From: Gracilinanus agilis
Taxonomy: Eukaryota
Assembly: GCF_016433145.1 (NCBI RefSeq)
Contig: NC_058133.1
Location: forward strand, 516,757,031-516,821,030
Direction of reading: 5' to 3'
Length of the DNA stretch: 64,000 nucleotides
The stretch's first letter is position 1; every line of letters begins with the position of its first letter. The notes under the pieces were generated by a model, which saw only the letters and a list, made by a program, of their open reading frames with translations, searched no databases and was not told the DNA's origin. This document shows, one piece after another, positions 59,690-64,000 of the stretch. The position numbers and the translations under genes were made by a program.

Positions 59690-60160
59690 GCATCGGGAAT
59701 TGCCTCACGTTCTCAGAAATTGGTCATCTGGCCTTTGAAGGAAGGCTTTCAAGGAGGGGTACTTCCACCTCCCATCCTCCTTTCCAAGAACTGATCGTCG
59801 GGATGATCTCCCTTACCCAGAGCCTGGCAGCTCACCCCTATAGTAAATGCTATGGGGTTGCCACTCACTCCTCTTAGTTTTGTCATATGGGGCCTTGCAG
59901 AACCCGCCCGATCCCTCCCATAATCCGTTATCACCCCCCTTCCTCTTTTCCCACTCTGAGCCTTCTCTTCTCCAGACTAAGCAACTCCCAGTTCCTTCAA
60001 CGTATCCTCATAGGACACGCATTCAAGAGCCCTTTCTGTCACCTGTCCTGGTTGCCACCCTCTGAACTTGCTCCATTTTGTCAAAGTTCTTTCTCAAATA
60101 AAGCACCCAGAACCGGGCACAACCCATCAGATGGGCTCGGACTGGGTCAGGGTGCCAACG
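59690..60160 (-). mobile_element. L3/CR1 fragment
   Basis: ccttctcttctccagactaagcaactcccagttccttcaa...gcacccagaaccgggcacaa is antisense CR1 ORF2 3' text. Confidence 0.75.
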
Positions 60161-60509
60161 AACTTTCACCTCCTTCTTGCTGGCTTGGGCGTCTCTGAAG
60201 AGAGTCTAAGATCACATTTGTTTACGTGGCTGCCATGCCATGCTGCTGCCTCTGTGGCTTAGAAGAAATCCTCTCGCCTTAGGACGCAGGGCTCTCCAGG
60301 GGCCCCGGAGCAGTTGCTGTCACAACCGTCTTTTTTCATGGGATGAAAGTGTGCCCAGTAGCCCAGGAGTCCTCTTCCCAGAAAAGGGACCGTCCTCAAA
60401 TAATCCACATCCCAGGGGAATCCTGGGGGCGATGCGGCCTCCAAAGAGAGGATGGGGATCAGGCTGTTCTTCACCCTGGGTGGCACCGCAACCCCCTTCC
60501 CTTGAGTTT

Positions 60510-60711
60510 TTATTTTATTTTATTTTTTTAATTTTAAACCCTTAACTTCTGTGTATTGACTTTATAGGTGGAAGATTGGTAAGGGTAGGCAATGGGGGTC
60601 AAGTGACTTGCCCAGGGTCACACAGCTGGGAAGTGGCTGAGGCCGGATTTGAACCCAGGACCTCCTGTCTCTAGGCCTGACTCTCCATCCACTGAGCTAC
60701 CCAGCTGCCCC
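60510..60711 (-). mobile_element. Young SINE (copy A)
   Basis: Antisense SINE with 17-bp TSD ccccttcccttgagttt at 60493-60509 and 60713-60729. Confidence 0.92.
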
Positions 60712-61372
60712 GCCCCTTCCCTTGAGTTTTGTGGTGAGTCATTACACCAAAGCTCGGCTACGGTTCATGGTTTTGGTCTCTCTTAAAAGAACCATTTCTA
60801 GGAAAGCGATTCCTCGTCCAAAGCGGTCATCAGGTATAGGACAGCCGCTTATTTCCTGTAGCACAAGAGGCATGTTTAAACACAGAAGACCCAGCCTGCT
60901 GGTTAACAAACACTGAAAATATCCCACCAGGACCCAACGAATCTAGTGTCTTCTTCTGAGAGGTAAAGTCAATCTTGTGGGCCTGCCAAGGAGACGTTTC
61001 ACATTTAATGCAAGTTTTTCCTGTTTGAGAAACTCATCAAGTCTAGACTTCCCGGCTGGCCAGGCCTGACTCTTCGATCCACATCCGAGATGATCCTGAA
61101 GGCCGTCAACCCTCTTTGGAGAAGGGGTTTAACAGCAGGATGGGACTCTCGCTGGGCAGCTGAATGGACAAGAAAGGCAGCGGGGAAGGTTTCTTGTATC
61201 TAGGAGAAGCAATATGGGATGCTGGTTAGAAGATTATCACCTCGCATGGAAAGAGGGTTAGAACGATGATACATGTACAACCCGGTGGAATTGCTTGTCA
61301 GCTGCGGGAGGAAGAAGGGAAGAGGGAGGGAAAGACATGAATCACGTAACCATGGAAAAATAGTCTCAATAA

Positions 61373-61557
61373 TTTTTTTTAAACCCTTGTACTTTCGATG
61401 TATTGTCTCATAGGTAGAAGAGTGGTAAGGGTGGGCAATGGGGGTCAAGTGACTTGCCCAGGGTCACACAGCTGGGAAGTGGCTGAGGCCGGGTTTGAAC
61501 CCAGGACCTCCTGTCTCTAGGCCTGACTCTCCATCCACTGAGCTACCCAGCTGCCCC
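61373..61557 (-). mobile_element. Chimeric SINE (copy B) at the duplication junction
   Basis: Left flank and tail match copy C (ctcaataattttt...cttgtactttcgatg); head and right flank match copy A (ctctccatccact...gccccttcccttgag). Confidence 0.85.
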
Positions 61558-62218
61558 GCCCCTTCCCTTGAGTTTTGTGGTGAGTCATTACACCAAAGCT
61601 CGGCTACGGTTCATGGTTTTGGTCTCTCTTAAAAGAACCATTTCTAGGAAAGCGATTCCTCGTCCAAAGCGGTCATCAGGTATAGGACAGCCGCTTATTT
61701 CCTGTAGCACAAGAGGCATGTTTAAACACAGAAGACCCAGCCTGCTGGTTAACAAACACTGAAAATATCCCACCAGGACCCAACGAATCTAGTGTCTTCT
61801 TCTGAGAGGTAAAGTCAATCTTGTGGGCCTGCCAAGGAGACGTTTCACATTTAATGCAAGTTTTTCCTGTTTGAGAAACTCATCAAGTCTAGACTTCCCG
61901 GCTGGCCAGGCCTGACTCTTCGATCCACATCCGAGATGATCCTGAAGGCCGTCAACCCTCTTTGGAGAAGGGGTTTAACAGCAGGATGGGACTCTCGCTG
62001 GGCAGCTGAATGGACAAGAAAGGCAGCGGGGAAGGTTTCTTGTATCTAGGAGAAGCAATATGGGATGCTGGTTAGAAGATTATCACCTCGCATGGAAAGA
62101 GGGTTAGAACGATGATACATGTACAACCCGGTGGAATTGCTTGTCAGCTGCGGGAGGAAGAAGGGAAGAGGGAGGGAAAGACATGAATCACGTAACCATG
62201 GAAAAATAGTCTCAATAA

Positions 62219-62403
62219 TTTTTTTTAAACCCTTGTACTTTCGATGTATTGTCTCATAGGTAGAAGAGTGGTCAAGGTGGGCAATGGGGGTCAAGTGACT
62301 TGCCCAGGGTCACACAGCTGGGAAGTGGCTGAGGCCGGGTTTGAACCCAGGACCTCCTGTCTCTAGGCCTGACTCTCACTCCACTGAGCTACCCAGCTGC
62401 CCC
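62219..62403 (-). mobile_element. Young SINE (copy C)
   Basis: Antisense SINE with TSD ctcaata at 62211-62217 and 62404-62410. Confidence 0.9.
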
Positions 62404-62919
62404 CTCAATAAATTTTTAAGAAGCTTATTACCATTGGCTTTAAGAAGACCTGAGTTCGAGCACCCACTTGCGACATACACCGACTGTCGTTTCATCTTTC
62501 GGTGCCCCTAAGTAACTCTTATTCATTAAATTAAAGCCAGTTGCAGGTTTGAACTGATGGGTGCAATTTCTTCACTAATAGAAACTGGTAAAAACATAGG
62601 CCCAGACTATACCCCCCCCATCTTCCTTTCAACACTATAAGTAGAATTTCAGTTCCTCAAGGAAATTATATTGTGCATCTTGATCTCCACGTTCCTTTGC
62701 ATATAGTAGGTGCTTAATAAGTGCTTGTTGTATTGGATTGTTGGAAACAGAAAAATGTGGACTGACCTTTATGAGGTTCTTATCTTCATTCACGCCAGAC
62801 TGAGCTCACTGGGCTGCAGAACATGATCCTGGAATATGTTTCTTGGAAAGAGCATCCTCCTGTCCAGAGAGCAGGCTCAAGAATTTCCAAAAGGTCAAGT
62901 CATTAAAGATCCATGAGCA

Positions 62920-63130
62920 GAGGGCAGCTGGGTGGCTCAGTGAATTGAGAGCCAAGCCCAGAGATGGGAGGTCCTGGGTTCAAATCTGGCCTCAGACACT
63001 TTCTAGCTGTGTGACCCTGGGCAAGTCATTTAACGCCCATGCCTAGCCCTTACCGCTCTTCTGCCTTAGAACCAATACCCAGTATGGATTCTAAGAAAGA
63101 AGGTAAGGGTTTTATTTAAAAAAAAAAAAA
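62920..63130 (+). mobile_element. SINE1_Mdo-like SINE
   Basis: Head, core and A-tail. 15-bp TSD aaagatccatgagca at 62905-62919 and 63131-63145. Confidence 0.92.
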
Positions 63131-63369
63131 AAAGATCCATGAGCAAAGCTTCCAACCTCAGCGATATGATACTTGAAAGCAAGAGAGGAAAAAGCCATCA
63201 GGCTTTGGGTACCAAGCAAGCATCAGGCCAGGCTCAGGTGATGTGGAGAAGTGCGACCTGGAATCTCAGCAGTCAGAGAGCTTGAAGAAGGTGAGGAGAC
63301 CCAATTAAGCCAATGAAATGCCTCCGATTTGTAAGCAGTCATCAGCCTCCAAGCAGTTTTAGCCTCCCT

Positions 63370-63475
63370 GTGGCCCCTCTGCCCTTGTCAAGTACCATCT
63401 GGAGTAGCGGGTTCAGCTCTGGGCACCACAGTCTAGGAAAGACTCAGAGAAGAGCTCACAGGCATCCACAGGGCA
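63370..63475 (+). mobile_element. L3/CR1 fragment
   Basis: ctgcccttgtcaagtaccatctggagtagcgggttcagctctgggcaccacagtctaggaaagac matches the CR1 RPHLEYCVQFWAP-coding region. Confidence 0.7.
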
Positions 63476-64000
63476 TCTGGAATTAGATGGCAGCCAAGGC
63501 TGCCCATCCCACCTCGGCTTGAGTTCTAAGGGTGAGGAAATTGTTGGCCTTGAACCCAAATCTGCCTCTCGGTAATTTCAAAGCTGGATAACGCCCAAGA
63601 GAGATGGGGATTGGGAAGGGCTCTGAGACCTGATCCTCTGAGAATCGCTTGAAGGAAGTGGGGCTGGGCATCCTGGAGAAGAAGACATGTAGGGGGGCCG
63701 TGATAACTATCTTCTAAGCTTTGAAGTAACGCCACGGATATTTGTCCAATGCTGACCAAGTACCTCCAAGTGGGGATACGCGTACAAGGGAAAATAAAGG
63801 CCGTCTCTGCCCTCGATGGGTCTTCCATTCTAATGAGGGAAGGCAACCTACAAAAGGGAGCTAAAAGGGAGCGACCATAAGCCAGGCTGGGCATTAAGTC
63901 AAAGCCCAAAAGGTCAGAAACCAATACAGAAGGGAAGCAGTCTGAGCTCCTCCTCTAGATGGAGCTTCTTCTAGGAGGAACTCACCAACAAGATAAAGGG

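Larger units (their letters stand above)
60712..62403. repeat. Tandem duplication, 846-bp unit (60712-61557 and 61558-62403)
   Basis: Near-identical copies offset by 846 bp (identical ORFs at 60722/61568 and 60742/61588). Each unit is unique DNA plus an L1 3' end plus a SINE. Confidence 0.97.

Noticed and set aside
60493-62410. CRISPR-like repeat-spacer array
   Set aside because: Eukaryotic DNA; the repeats are ~190-bp SINEs and the intervening segments are duplicates, not unique spacers.

Overview
Repeat-dense, largely non-coding mammalian DNA. The SINE and L1 families look marsupial (didelphid, most likely Monodelphis domestica); this is inferred from repeat sequence only. I found no intact protein-coding gene, RNA gene or CRISPR array. 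There are three decayed gene relics. The first is an intronless FIGLA-like bHLH retrocopy with AATAAA and a short A-tail (~21.7-22.2 kb, +). The second is a heavily degraded single-exon GPR55/GPR35-like class A GPCR that appears only when broken reading frames are combined (~52.1-52.8 kb, -). The third is a C2H2 zinc-finger remnant (~13.0-13.5 kb, -). The rest is mostly 5'-truncated L1s with clean target-site duplications (TSDs), opossum-type CORE-SINEs, MIR/MAR1, L2, L3/CR1 and RTE fragments, four solo LTRs, one hAT MITE, microsatellites and three N gaps. Structural highlights are an 846-bp tandem duplication with a chimeric SINE at its junction (60.5-62.4 kb), an LTR nested inside a SINE, a small CpG island near 16.1 kb and a few enhancer-like unique stretches. 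Protein and repeat family assignments come from recalled family motifs, not from database searches.
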